Assembly: GCA_946965045.2 (NCBI GenBank)
Contig: OX337235.1
Location: forward strand, 1,426,001-1,490,000
Length of the DNA: 64,000 bases
Direction: 5' to 3'
From: Epithemia pelagica
Taxonomy: Eukaryota; Protista; Bacillariophyta
The notes beneath the pieces are model-generated. The model was not told where the DNA came from. It made no database searches and saw only the letters and a list, made by a program, of their open reading frames with translations. Shown here one piece after another: positions 1 through 10,685 of the stretch. The position numbers were made by a program, and so were the translations under genes. How positions within the stretch are numbered: the stretch's first letter is position 1; each line of letters starts with the position of its first letter.

Positions 1-597
1 TAGAACGTGTGTGCAGAGGGTTTGCTTGGTTCCCTGACCTCTTTTTCCCTTCTGATAGTGGTGTCAAGTCTCTTCAACAAAAGAACAAAAAACGCCGCCC
101 GCACCATGTTGGAAGGGAAGTTTGGAGAGAGGGTATAAACAAAGATTTAGGGCTGGACAGGGTTTCCTAACAACTGTCGTCTATAACACTACGTTTCTCC
201 AACTCTCCGTCCCTCCATCCGTTGTGGCTCGTCGGTCGTCCGACAAAGATCCAGTCAGTACTGCGTACGACAAACCGGGCTGGCGGACGGACCATCGCGT
301 CACGCACCTTCAAACTTCAAACCTGCCACACCAAGATTCTTCGCGGCCATGGACGAGGACACCCTGAAATAAGGTACAGAAAGAAGAAGCAACAATAATT
401 GTTTTGCCTTTGGTGTGTTTGGAAGACGCCCAAGGAGCAAACGTGTCATCACCATCTCAAGGACGTCTGGTTCTCTTGCCTCCGAGAAAGACTACTCCAA
501 TCTCAACCTTTTTCGGAAGACGTGCACACAACCCAAACCACACGACAACCCTCTGTCATTCCAAGCAGTCTCTAGTCTATTGCACGACACTATTACC

Positions 598-2715
598 ATG
601 GCCGAAGCCGAGACCAAACCGGATCCTCCCAAAAAGAAGGAACGTCCAGCCCAACCACCACCGCCTCCCGCCATTTCGACTGCCTATGTCTTGGTCCGCC
701 ATGCCATTTCGTCCCTCCTGACTCCCGTCACCAGCAACAAGGACGTCCAAGCAACAGCATGGTTGGACTGTGCTCCATTTCAAGCCACCTTTCTCAAGGA
801 AACTCCGCGATTGACGGGGAAAGTGGGAATGACGGCTTCCAAAGCCGTGGCAGCCGTGACACCCCTCCTCGACGACAAGGCACAACACCTGTCTCCTCCA
901 CTGACGCCTACAATGTTGGTGGAAACCTTGCAAACGATACTGAATCGACTGGTCCACACCAACGACTATTCCTTGTCGTATTGTTCCGTCACGAAACAAT
1001 CCCTGCTCGAGCACTTTGGAGACGTGGAGGGAGCCAGTTTGTTGGAAGAATCGCACGTGGGCAAGAAGAGCAAAACCAAACCCACCGATTCCTTGACGCT
1101 CGTCTTGCTTCATCAAACAGACAATAACGACAATGACAGCAACCACAAAAAGCTCGTCTTTGCCTGTTTTGCTCCGGGCATTCCCTATGCATCACCCTCC
1201 ACCGCCTTGCAATCCATTGTGTTGGATGCCGCCCAATGCGATGTCAAGGCATCCAAAAAAGGATTGCTCGTGTCGGTCAAATGGGAAGCCATGCTGGCCC
1301 AAGAGGAATCGCCTGCTCTGGCCCTCCTCCAAGAGTCGGCCTTGCCCGCTACCGTACCAGTTCCCTCCGTGTCCATGGAAGGACAAGCACTCCTTCAACA
1401 AGTGCTGGAATTGCAGCAACAAGAACAACAAGCCAAAGAAGAAGCAACAGAAAAACAAGCAGCGGCAGCAACGCAACCACAAGAAATGAAGGTGGATCCC
1501 TTCAATGTCGAAGGAACGATTGATTACAACAAGTTGGTGGAACAGTTTGGATCCACCTTGATTGATCCAGACTTGCTGCAACGATTTCAAGCCTTGATTT
1601 CGTCCAAAGCGCCACAACCACAACCCTTGCATCGATTTTTGCGACGACAATTGTTTTTCTCGCATCGGGATTTGCATTCCGTGGTATCCTCCTTGGAACA
1701 AGGGACCGCACCCGTTTATTTGTATACCGGTCGTGGTCCGTCCTCGTCGGCCATGCATTTGGGACATTTGGTTCCCTTTTTGTTTACCCAGTGGTTGCAA
1801 CAAGCCTTGAATTGTCCCTTGGTCATTCAAATGACGGACGATGAAAAGTTTCTCTTCAAGGGAGAGTACGATGAAACGACGGGAGATAATTTGGACCATT
1901 TTGCGCAATTGACCATGGAAAATGCCCGAGACATTATTGCCTGTGGCTTTGATTACGACAAGACCTTTTTGTTTTCCGATTTGGAGTATGTGGGACGCAT
2001 GTATCCCAATATTTGTCGCATTTGGAAGGCTGTCACGACGAATACCGTCAACAACATGTTTGGCTTTGATGGGAGCAGCAACATGGGCAAAATTGCCTTT
2101 CCCGCCATTCAAGCGGCACCCTCCTTTGCCAGTTCCTTTCCCACCGTCTTGAATGTACCGAGTCGACGGGCGACGAATCAAATGTGTTTGATTCCCTGTG
2201 CCATTGATCAAGATCCCTATTTTCGCATGACGCGAGATGTCGCGCACAAGTTGGTGGACAAGACCATTCATCCATTGGGAGGCAAACCCGCCTTGATTCA
2301 TTCCAAATTCTTTCCACCCCTCCAGGGAGCCCAAGGAAAAATGTCGAGTAGCAATACCAATTCGGCCATTTTCTTGACGGATACACCCGACGAAATTGCC
2401 CAAAAGATTCGATCCTATTGTTTTTCGGGGGGACGGGAAACCAAGGCGGAACAAGAAAAGTATGGTGCCGATTTGGAAATTGATGTCGCCTACCAGTGGT
2501 TGCGTTTTTTCTTGGAAGACGATGACGAACTGGAACGGATTGGAAAGGATTACAGTTCCGGATCGGGAGAGTATTGGTCGACGGGCAAGGTAAAGGAACG
2601 TCTGATTGTTGTGTTGCAAGAACTCGTGATCCAACACCAAAAGCGAAGGGCCCAAATCACGGATGAAGAAGTACGAAAATGGATGACGGAACGGTGTATT
2701 GTACCCAGCAGCTAG
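598..2715 (+). CDS. WARS1: Tryptophanyl-tRNA synthetase, cytosolic/eukaryotic type, with ~300 aa N-terminal extension
   Basis: HIGH motif MHLGH after YLYTGRGPSS; QMTDDEKFLF; CLIPCAIDQDPYFR; KMSKS-type KMSSS. First ATG at 598 (the ORF track starts at TTG 415). Confidence 0.95.
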   Translation: MAEAETKPDPPKKKERPAQPPPPPAISTAYVLVRHAISSLLTPVTSNKDVQATAWLDCAPFQATFLKETPRLTGKVGMTASKAVAAVTPLLDDKAQHLSPPLTPTMLVETLQTILNRLVHTNDYSLSYCSVTKQSLLEHFGDVEGASLLEESHVGKKSKTKPTDSLTLVLLHQTDNNDNDSNHKKLVFACFAPGIPYASPSTALQSIVLDAAQCDVKASKKGLLVSVKWEAMLAQEESPALALLQESALPATVPVPSVSMEGQALLQQVLELQQQEQQAKEEATEKQAAAATQPQEMKVDPFNVEGTIDYNKLVEQFGSTLIDPDLLQRFQALISSKAPQPQPLHRFLRRQLFFSHRDLHSVVSSLEQGTAPVYLYTGRGPSSSAMHLGHLVPFLFTQWLQQALNCPLVIQMTDDEKFLFKGEYDETTGDNLDHFAQLTMENARDIIACGFDYDKTFLFSDLEYVGRMYPNICRIWKAVTTNTVNNMFGFDGSSNMGKIAFPAIQAAPSFASSFPTVLNVPSRRATNQMCLIPCAIDQDPYFRMTRDVAHKLVDKTIHPLGGKPALIHSKFFPPLQGAQGKMSSSNTNSAIFLTDTPDEIAQKIRSYCFSGGRETKAEQEKYGADLEIDVAYQWLRFFLEDDDELERIGKDYSSGSGEYWSTGKVKERLIVVLQELVIQHQKRRAQITDEEVRKWMTERCIVPSS

Positions 2716-2895
2716 GCATTCGAAGAGTGAAACGTTGGCAGTAAGCACCATGTCAGGGACAGAGACGTATCAGCATCACAGCATAGTGTAGATCTTACAC
2801 TTCTCAACTTTAGCTGAGCGAAAAAGTGTTTATGCAAGCAGCTACCTACTTTTAATATGTTGATCCATTTACATTGTAAGGCAAGTCGGTAGACG

Positions 2896-4185
2896 CTATC
2901 CAATAAAAGTCGACGTGTTTTGGGCAGTTTTCTGATCCACATAGTTGGAAAACAACGTTTGAAAACGTTGCACATCCTTTTCGGACCGATGAATACGCAA
3001 CAAATGCAAGAGGACCGTACTATACACATCCATTTTACCGGGGTAACAACTGTGCAAACAATCCCCGTCTCGACTTCGGTGACCATCCGGCCGCCGAATG
3101 TTCAAATGGTAGGCATCCAGTACATGGTAGTCCAAACCGGATCGATCGAGTTCGTCCAAGACCAGGAGGTTTTGACGTTGAAAGTGATGCCAGTTGTAGG
3201 TGATTTGAAGCGGAGAATATAAAGTCAAGTTGGCGACATGTTGCTCCATGGTAGCCATATCGTTGACGGGTTGGGTAAAGTTTTGGCACTGAACATGGCC
3301 TGGAACAGTCGTTCTCCAAACCAACTGACAGGTAATATTCATGCGATGACAGATTTGTTGCCATTGATGCAAATGAGGGAAGGTAATGGTTCGAAGGTCA
3401 TGGACCAAGGCTTCGTCCGAAACATAGTGCGCTCCTCGATTCACAACCAATATAACGGGAAAGTTGTCTCGAATCGATTCATTGACATGTTTCAAATACG
3501 GATCATTCCGATATATCAGAGAAGTTGGATTGCCTCGTCCACAGGCATTCTGCATGTGGTTGCGCTTCTCGGATTTACTCCTGTGCTGATCCATTTGATG
3601 GACATGTTCTCCCAGAAGCTGCAGTAGAGAAGAGTAGTGTTCCCACGACAAGGAGTCTCCAATAATGGAAAGAGTCGCATATTGCATCTTTTCACAAAAT
3701 TTAGTAGCATTCCAGGACGTCCATTCACAGGGTTGCGGTGAAAACGAACGAGCATCATCCGGTTGCCACTTCCACGCCCGAAAAGGTTTTGGGTAGTTTT
3801 TGCTAATTTCTTCTCCCTCTTCCGAAAAGCAACGCAGATGCTTGTTGTGGCTCACATAGGGTGGCTTGGACATCCATTCTTCGACCCATGAACCGGACTG
3901 GACTTGTTCACGCGAGCAGAACGGTCTGGTGCTCGCAGGGCGGGAGCTGTTCACGAGGACCGTCTCGGTCGACACAGAAATGACTGGCATTGATTTGTCA
4001 CTGGAACTTGATCGAACCGCCTCTCGATTATGAGGTGCATTCATTTGCTGGACAAGCACTCTTTCTTGATCTTGTTGTGCAGTCATTCTTGATAGAGTCG
4101 CATTCCACATCATACAGTAGAAAAAGAAAAGTCCCATAATACCGGAATATACTCGTAGTAGTAGCTTTCTTCGGTGTAACATCAT
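2896..4185 (-). CDS. TBL/PC-esterase (SGNH-like O-acetyltransferase/esterase) family, type II membrane protein
   Basis: N-terminal TM; C..G.WV and WKWQP..C segments; IIGDSL catalytic Ser motif; C-terminal DCLHSC (DxxH) motif. Confidence 0.75.
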   Translation of the reverse strand: MMLHRRKLLLRVYSGIMGLFFFYCMMWNATLSRMTAQQDQERVLVQQMNAPHNREAVRSSSSDKSMPVISVSTETVLVNSSRPASTRPFCSREQVQSGSWVEEWMSKPPYVSHNKHLRCFSEEGEEISKNYPKPFRAWKWQPDDARSFSPQPCEWTSWNATKFCEKMQYATLSIIGDSLSWEHYSSLLQLLGEHVHQMDQHRSKSEKRNHMQNACGRGNPTSLIYRNDPYLKHVNESIRDNFPVILVVNRGAHYVSDEALVHDLRTITFPHLHQWQQICHRMNITCQLVWRTTVPGHVQCQNFTQPVNDMATMEQHVANLTLYSPLQITYNWHHFQRQNLLVLDELDRSGLDYHVLDAYHLNIRRPDGHRSRDGDCLHSCYPGKMDVYSTVLLHLLRIHRSEKDVQRFQTLFSNYVDQKTAQNTSTFIG

Positions 4186-4863
4186 TCTTCAGGGTTTGAT
4201 TTTTGACTTCATCGTCTTCGCCACCACGGCAAGGATATCTTTTCCGCTCTCCGTCGTCATCCCTTTCACTCACACCTCACCCAAAGCGTCTCCCCCAAGT
4301 TGACCGTTCCACTACCACATTGGTCCGTAGACGCATGTGTCACACCAAATAGTGCGGAAAGAAGGCTCCCCATGCTTGTGGGAGCGTGGAGAGGGCATAA
4401 GTAGTTTTTGGTCGGAGCGGCTTTCTAACTAAGGACAGAGTCACACTGAATTATGCGCGCGCGGCGATACGTCCATGATTTAACGCTTCCTCGCCAAATT
4501 ACACGATTTCTTACGAAATGCTTTCTTTCTATCCTTAGGCGTATATGAACGCCAGCCGGATATCACCTACCGAACGACACGATCATGGCCTCCTCACACA
4601 TCGCCAATTCTATCCTCATATTTTTGGACCCTGGCAAGTAGGTGAAAAGCAACAAACACACTTTCGGCGCACCTCTCTTGTCTTGGATTTGGGGAGTGAA
4701 CGTGTCCAGGAGGAGGCAAGAATAGAAGGGTTCTAAGGTCATTCGTGCAAAGGAGGAATTTGGGATTGAAATCTTTGCGGGAAGCCGAGTTGTTGCAGGA
4801 CGACGATAATTGCCGCAGCAAACGGACATATTTGCCTTGATCACCATTTCATTCATTTTGGTA

Positions 4864-7800
4864 ATGTCATCTGACAATATCGTGCAACCAGACTGTCCTT
4901 CTAGCACAAAAATCATGAAAGAGGGATTGCGAGCGGTATCAGAGATCCCGGGTGGCGAGAGTCGAGAGGATGTATCGTATCGTGACGGAAGGGATGAGCG
5001 AGATGACGGGAACCATGATTCAACACCCAACCGAAAAAAATCCGTATCATCACAACAAGCAGCTGCAGGGGCACAACGGAAAGGCAAAAAGGCACAGGCA
5101 GAAGGTCAACATCAACAGCAGCATCAACAGCAACTCCCCGGGCGCTTCTATCCAGGCAGGCAGCCCCCACACGGTCATTTTCCGATGGGATCAGGAATGC
5201 CTCAAGGGCCTGGCCCATACGGAGGTCCGCCTTACCTCTACGCTGGAGGAAATGGCCACTACCCTCCCCCACCCTACCATCCGCACTTCCACTCCCAAAT
5301 GCCACCCATGCCCCATTTTAATGGAGGCGGCCCGTACCCAGCGCACGGAATGGGCAACCATCAACGCAATACAGGAAACGGAGGTGCATCAAACGGTCCT
5401 TACTCTTCTCATTATGGCAACCATTCTCATCCATACAACTCGAACATGGGACCCAATTCGTTTGGTTCCCATGGCATGCCACCGTCCTATCCCAACATGA
5501 GTACTTCGGACTCCGCATCCATGTCCAGCAAGGGAAGCAAGAGTAGCAAAAAGCGTACGATTGATGGAGTCCACGATACACAGCCGCCTATTCCCCCTAC
5601 GTCTGCTCCTCATGTGTACACCTTTCGTAGAACCGATAGCAACAGCAGCACCACATCTACGGTGACCGCTGGAAACAACACAAGCATTGAGACGCATGGG
5701 ACAGAAGAAAGCCACAGCCGTCACGAAAACCATCACCATACACGTACTGGCGACGCGCTTGGACCACCAGGTGGATACGACGATCACGACAGTTACCACA
5801 ATGAAGGTCGTCCAATGAGGACGCGATACCATCGACGTGATTATTCTGCCGATGCATCCACCACTTCGAGCCTCAGCGCCGGATTTTCTCTCGAATCGTA
5901 TGAAGGTCCCAGAGGTACGAACGACAAAACTACTAATCGTCGATGCTTTTTGTTTTCAACAGACTCTCACATGAATTCGACTCTTCGTACAAACAGATCC
6001 CATGGCAACAGATGCACCCATTCGAAAGTCGTCTCCTAAACGGCTGAAAGGTGGTGAGGGAGAGCCACTCCTGGTGGACACAAACATGCGTCCTCCTTCT
6101 GTGGCATCTCACGACGCTGATCAATCGACAAGATTCGAACAGCTTTCTATTGGTGTGAAAGAGGAACCTCCAACAACCAAGAGCGAGAGCAGCGACGAAA
6201 GCAGGAATCAAACACTCTTCCTGTCTCTTTCGACGTCACCCATCAACGCGAACGGAGCTGACATTGACGCCACACCAATCAGCAAGAACACAACAAAATT
6301 GTCCGACCTTAACAAGGCCAAGAGAAACAGCATATTCAAAAAGAAAGGAACCAGTGTTCTCCGAAGTCTGGAAGTCTCCACGTCCGATGTGGCTGCTCCA
6401 GCCAACAGTCCAACACCTCCCGTACACGGAGAGCTTGGAGATAGCGACACAATGACGGATGACCACAGTACTCTTGATCGTCATTTGAGAGGCCAGTCAT
6501 TTACTCCAGTGAACCACCTTCCAAGCAGCGCAAGTGAACAGGTCTCAAATCATGCGGATGGTCAGTTCTCCATTCCTCCAGCACTGTCATGGAGTATCGC
6601 AGGTGATACTCCTTCCCTGGGGGAACTTCAAGAGTGTGAATGGGAGGAAGAGAGCAAATCAAAACATGTTGCAACTGAGCAGAAGATAAAGCCAAGCTCA
6701 ACAGCCGACTCTCACGACGATACTGGAGACATGAGTATCAGTCCACATGACTTTCATTTGTGGAAGGAGGAGCACGAGTTGGTAGACCAAGCAATCGGGG
6801 GAGCTACCACTCCGTTGCCCGCTTTCTTTGATTCCAGGGGCAACGAAAGTAGCGAAAACCAAACGAACTATGAACCCAAAGCTACCAAGAAGCATCATGG
6901 GGATGATGCACGCCCAACATTCATAACCAGTACCAACCGTCACACTTCTCAACACGGTCGACCAATGCAATCGCAATGGTCAAAGCATGATCAAATGGGG
7001 CATACCATGCCTCCCACGCCAATGTACCCAAGCTCGGAATATCGAGATGACTGTTTCCCCATCGTACGAAGTCCATATGGAGGTGATCGTCGGGATCAAA
7101 TTGACGGGGCTGGGGCCTTTCCTTTCTTTCCTCATCCAGGTAATATTCATTCGAACGACAGGGTACGAAACCTACGTGGTCGGATGCCAGCGAACGCGCA
7201 TTTTCCTCCCATGCTCCATATTCCGCCTCCCATGACTGCACAACTCCCAATGACATCCCCCATGGCACTGCCAAATAAAGCTGGACTGTGGAGTCCACAT
7301 GGAGGTCTACCACCGATTAACAGTCCTCATCATCTGACTTCTCCAATGAATAGTATGTCTCAAACAAAGAGGAAGTGTGTTCCTCTGAAACCACCTATAC
7401 CGTCGAAATTCCAGGGTGATCCAGAAAAGGTGAAGAACGTGCCTGTTCCCGAGTTCACAAGTCTTGTCAACTTCCCTACCCATATGTCTCAAAAGCAAGC
7501 TGTTAATTTGCCTGAGGGAATGCGATGCTGTGTCATGTGTGGGAATGCATGCCCAGCATCGAATGGTGGAAAAAACAAAAAGAAGAAAGCTGGAGAAGGT
7601 GGAGGGCTTGCACAACGCAGCAGCAATAGCCAAGACTTGATCGGGGAGAGAGCCAATGGATATGCACAAATCCCAACACAAAACAAGGGACTCTGTACTT
7701 TATGTGATGTCAATGTGTGGGTTGTTGTCTCGAGTGGACTTGAAATAAAATGGTGCAAGGGCTGCAAAAACTTCCGACCATGGGCCGCCTTTGGTGACAA

Positions 7801-7915
7801 GGGTTTGGCTACCAAATGTTTACGTTGTCGTGAACGTCAGCGTGAAAAATATGCTCTGCAGAAAGAAGAAAAAGAAAAGGCAAGGAATCAAGCTGTTGTG
7901 AAATCAGCCAGTTAA
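4864..7915 (+). CDS. Low-complexity protein with C-terminal Cys-rich SBP-like zinc finger (putative transcription factor), 2 exons
   Basis: ORFs 4810-6039 and 6002-7915 join in frame through a GT-AG intron at 5915-5996. C-terminus CCVMC...CTLC...GLEIKWCKGCKNF...KCLRCRERQR, followed by a basic tail. Start could be ATG 4864 or 4915. Confidence 0.65.
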
Positions 7916-8479
7916 GAACGTTAAGGAACAAAGCGGTTGTCAAATCAGCAAGCTAATAACTATAGTATGAATATGGGGAAAGACAACCACATGGCTGCTC
8001 GTCAGTAGCAGCAGCAACCTTTAATAGCAAACAACTACTCCTACTGTGTTTTCCTTTATCTGGATGTCCTGATAGCACAGGACAATGTTTGTGTCCCACG
8101 TCCCAAGGCGTTGAACGATGAGCTTGTGATGCCGAATCTCTAATCAAGGATGTTTACAGCCATATCTATCTTTCCTAATTGACTCAAAAATTCTGTTGCG
8201 GAGGTGACGACTTGTCCGTGATGACGTTTCTATTCATGTTGCCGTCGACGTTCTTCCTTCCATGCGGCCTCATCGTAAAATGTATCGATCGTGTGAGCGT
8301 GGCCATTATGCTGGTTTTGCATCCACACCACTTATGTCGTGGCATGAACTCGGACGTCCAACTCAGCTGGAGTTTCACTCGATACCAATGGTGGGGTCAT
8401 GTTGCTAAAGGCGTTGGAAGAATGAATGACCCGTGAAATGTGGACTCATAAGTGGCTCGTCTTCGCTGACTGCCATTCG

Positions 8480-9970
8480 TCAACAAGAGGAGATGATCGA
8501 GTTATTGGAATATCGCTGTTGAGGTTCCACCATACGTGTCTCTTGGGGCAACCAGGTAGCCAGTCGTACATCTTTGAAGAGCAAACTATGAATTCGTCCT
8601 TTCGTAGCACCTGGTTGTAGATTCAACGATTTTGTAAATTCCTCAAAAACAGGTTCTGATGCATCTGTTTTCCGATATCCACACTTCTCGTACAGAGATA
8701 TCGCTCCATTATTCGTCACATCGACATGCAAATAGATGGTCTCTATTCTTTGTCTGACAGCATAAACGTGAATTGCATTGAGTAGAAGAGATCCGACACC
8801 TTGTCGCCGAAAAGCAGGGTGCACGGCCACCTCAGTCACATATATGATGGATGACTGAGGTCTCCGTCGACCGAGTTCAGTACCATAGAATTCGTGAAAG
8901 CTACATTCGGCAGTACCGAGAATACGACATCTTCCCTGGCCTTCACTATTGAAAGCAACAATACAGACAGCACCGCGTTTCCTCCGATGCGCAATGGCTT
9001 GACACGACCGCGAACAAAACTGACTACTTTGGTCCCCGGAGAAATCTGAAAAAACGGAAAGGCGTAAATGAGCAATATCAAAATCGTCCATCGGTGTTGC
9101 GATTCTAACAATCGTTCCGTCGTCTGAACCACACAAAGGAACAGAAACTGTCGGAGGCTGACGGGTGATAGTGGGCTCTCCAAGTATGCCCATTGCCGGT
9201 GGGGTCGAACACACTGGATAGTCCATGTATTCACGATGAATGCTTGAAGACTCCACGTGACTATCCAGTATCTCAGCAATCGCAGAATGAATTGAGGAAG
9301 AGGAAACCTTGCCAGAAGCCACGGCAGATTGCCTGGCTTTTGCGCCAGAAGAATTCGATGGAGTGAATACACCTCGAATGGCATTTCGTGTTCCATCAAA
9401 TAATTGGGATCCCCGCTTATGGCTAGTATTTGGAGTAATGCGATTAAAGCGCGAAGATTCTCTTTGGTCTCTAAACGTCCTTTCGGGCTCATTGGTTTCA
9501 CTTCCACGACCCATGAAGATGGAACGCTTATCCGCCTTTCTTCGCGCTGAAACACCTGAGCTGCCCCACTTGAAGAAAGGGCTTCGTTCACCAGTTTTAG
9601 GTTGAATCTCGTCCTGTGAACCATTTGAATTTGTGGGTTCATCGCGCGTTCCAAAATCGTTTCCAGATCCATCATTTTCCTCCACAAGAACGATCTGGAC
9701 AACCTCATTTTCCAATGTGGAAGTTATGGGGACAACATTTGATACATTGTCATTGGTTAAAAGCCGAGAATCTGTTCTACTTTTCTTTGGTTTAGAAGAT
9801 TCCAACGGAGATGGAGGGCATGAAGTAGTGTGGAGAGAGACGTTTCGTCTCCATGAACGAGCATGTAACTTGAGGCTAACGAAGCTCTGTGTGCCAACAA
9901 AAACCCCAGAAAGGATGAAAAGCACGGTGCAAATTGTAAGGCTGGAAAAGGGAACGGTTGGAGACCGCAT
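8480..9970 (-). CDS. GNAT acetyltransferase with probable bipartite plastid-targeting presequence
   Basis: YVTEVAVHPAFRRQGVG acetyl-CoA motif A; YLHVDVTNNGAISLYEKCGY motif B; hydrophobic signal peptide followed by TQS-FVS. First ATG at 9970. Confidence 0.8.
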   Translation of the reverse strand: MRSPTVPFSSLTICTVLFILSGVFVGTQSFVSLKLHARSWRRNVSLHTTSCPPSPLESSKPKKSRTDSRLLTNDNVSNVVPITSTLENEVVQIVLVEENDGSGNDFGTRDEPTNSNGSQDEIQPKTGERSPFFKWGSSGVSARRKADKRSIFMGRGSETNEPERTFRDQRESSRFNRITPNTSHKRGSQLFDGTRNAIRGVFTPSNSSGAKARQSAVASGKVSSSSIHSAIAEILDSHVESSSIHREYMDYPVCSTPPAMGILGEPTITRQPPTVSVPLCGSDDGTIVRIATPMDDFDIAHLRLSVFSDFSGDQSSQFCSRSCQAIAHRRKRGAVCIVAFNSEGQGRCRILGTAECSFHEFYGTELGRRRPQSSIIYVTEVAVHPAFRRQGVGSLLLNAIHVYAVRQRIETIYLHVDVTNNGAISLYEKCGYRKTDASEPVFEEFTKSLNLQPGATKGRIHSLLFKDVRLATWLPQETRMVEPQQRYSNNSIISSC

Positions 9971-10417
9971 GCTATTCAAGGAAGCGAATTTCAGGGGCAA
10001 AGAATCTCAACGAAAGGATCACCGAGTGGTACTGTCACCTCTCTCAGGTCGAATCTGATAACTTGCTCAGCCTTTGATGCAGATCGACCTGATTCTTTTG
10101 GCAACAAGAGAAGTTTGCCCGACGGTCGAATAATCAGAAACAGCAACGTCCATTGCTGTCGCTCCTTGTCGGGTTTGAGCTGTCTGTTGTTGACTCGTTG
10201 CAACAGAAGCGACCAGAAGAGATGACGACAGCAAAGAATACTTCTTTCGCTAGGAATATCGACGGCGGAGACAGAAGGCATAGCAGTATAGACACCACTT
10301 CAAAACTAACTCCATACCAGACTGTGTAGGTAGTTCGTCTCACATTTTTATACTACAGTATGAATTTATTGTACGACCGGGAAGTAGTTTCGTGCGAGTC
10401 GCGCGGTGTCCCTCTCG

Positions 10418-10458
10418 TGTGTGACACTTGTGCGACACTTGTGTGACACTTTGTGACA
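10418..10458. repeat. Four short TG(T/C)GACA(CT) repeats in the mini-element body (also ~10804-10844)
   Basis: gtgtgacacttgtgcgacacttgtgtgacactttgtgaca read directly. Confidence 0.8.
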
Positions 10459-10511
10459 TGGCTTCTAGGAATTTCTCACTACCTACACAGCTTGATAGGG
10501 AGTAAGTTTAC

Positions 10512-10685
10512 TACTTCCCTGTGTCTGGCCGTCCTCTCGCGTCGGGCGCGCCCGGCTTGTCGGGAGAATGACTCGACGGGCAATTGTCTTGTCGGGCGTG
10601 CGCCCTCCTCGGCCATTGCCCTCCTCGTCATTCTACCCTCCGCGCCGGGCGGTCCCTCCTTGAAAGGACTCGACACCGGGAAGTA
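10512..10685. repeat. Modular imperfect hairpin of mini-element copy 1 (copy 2: 10898-11071)
   Basis: Nested inverted pairs tacttccctgtgtc/gacaccgggaagta, cgcccggc/gccgggcg, agaatgac/gtcattct and gggcaat/attgccc. Confidence 0.85.

Noticed and set aside
1192-2751. 519 aa antisense ORF exactly opposite the TrpRS catalytic domain
   Set aside because: No recognisable motifs. Long antisense frames are an expected shadow of codon bias, and similar shadows occur opposite other genes here (e.g. 61448-62344).
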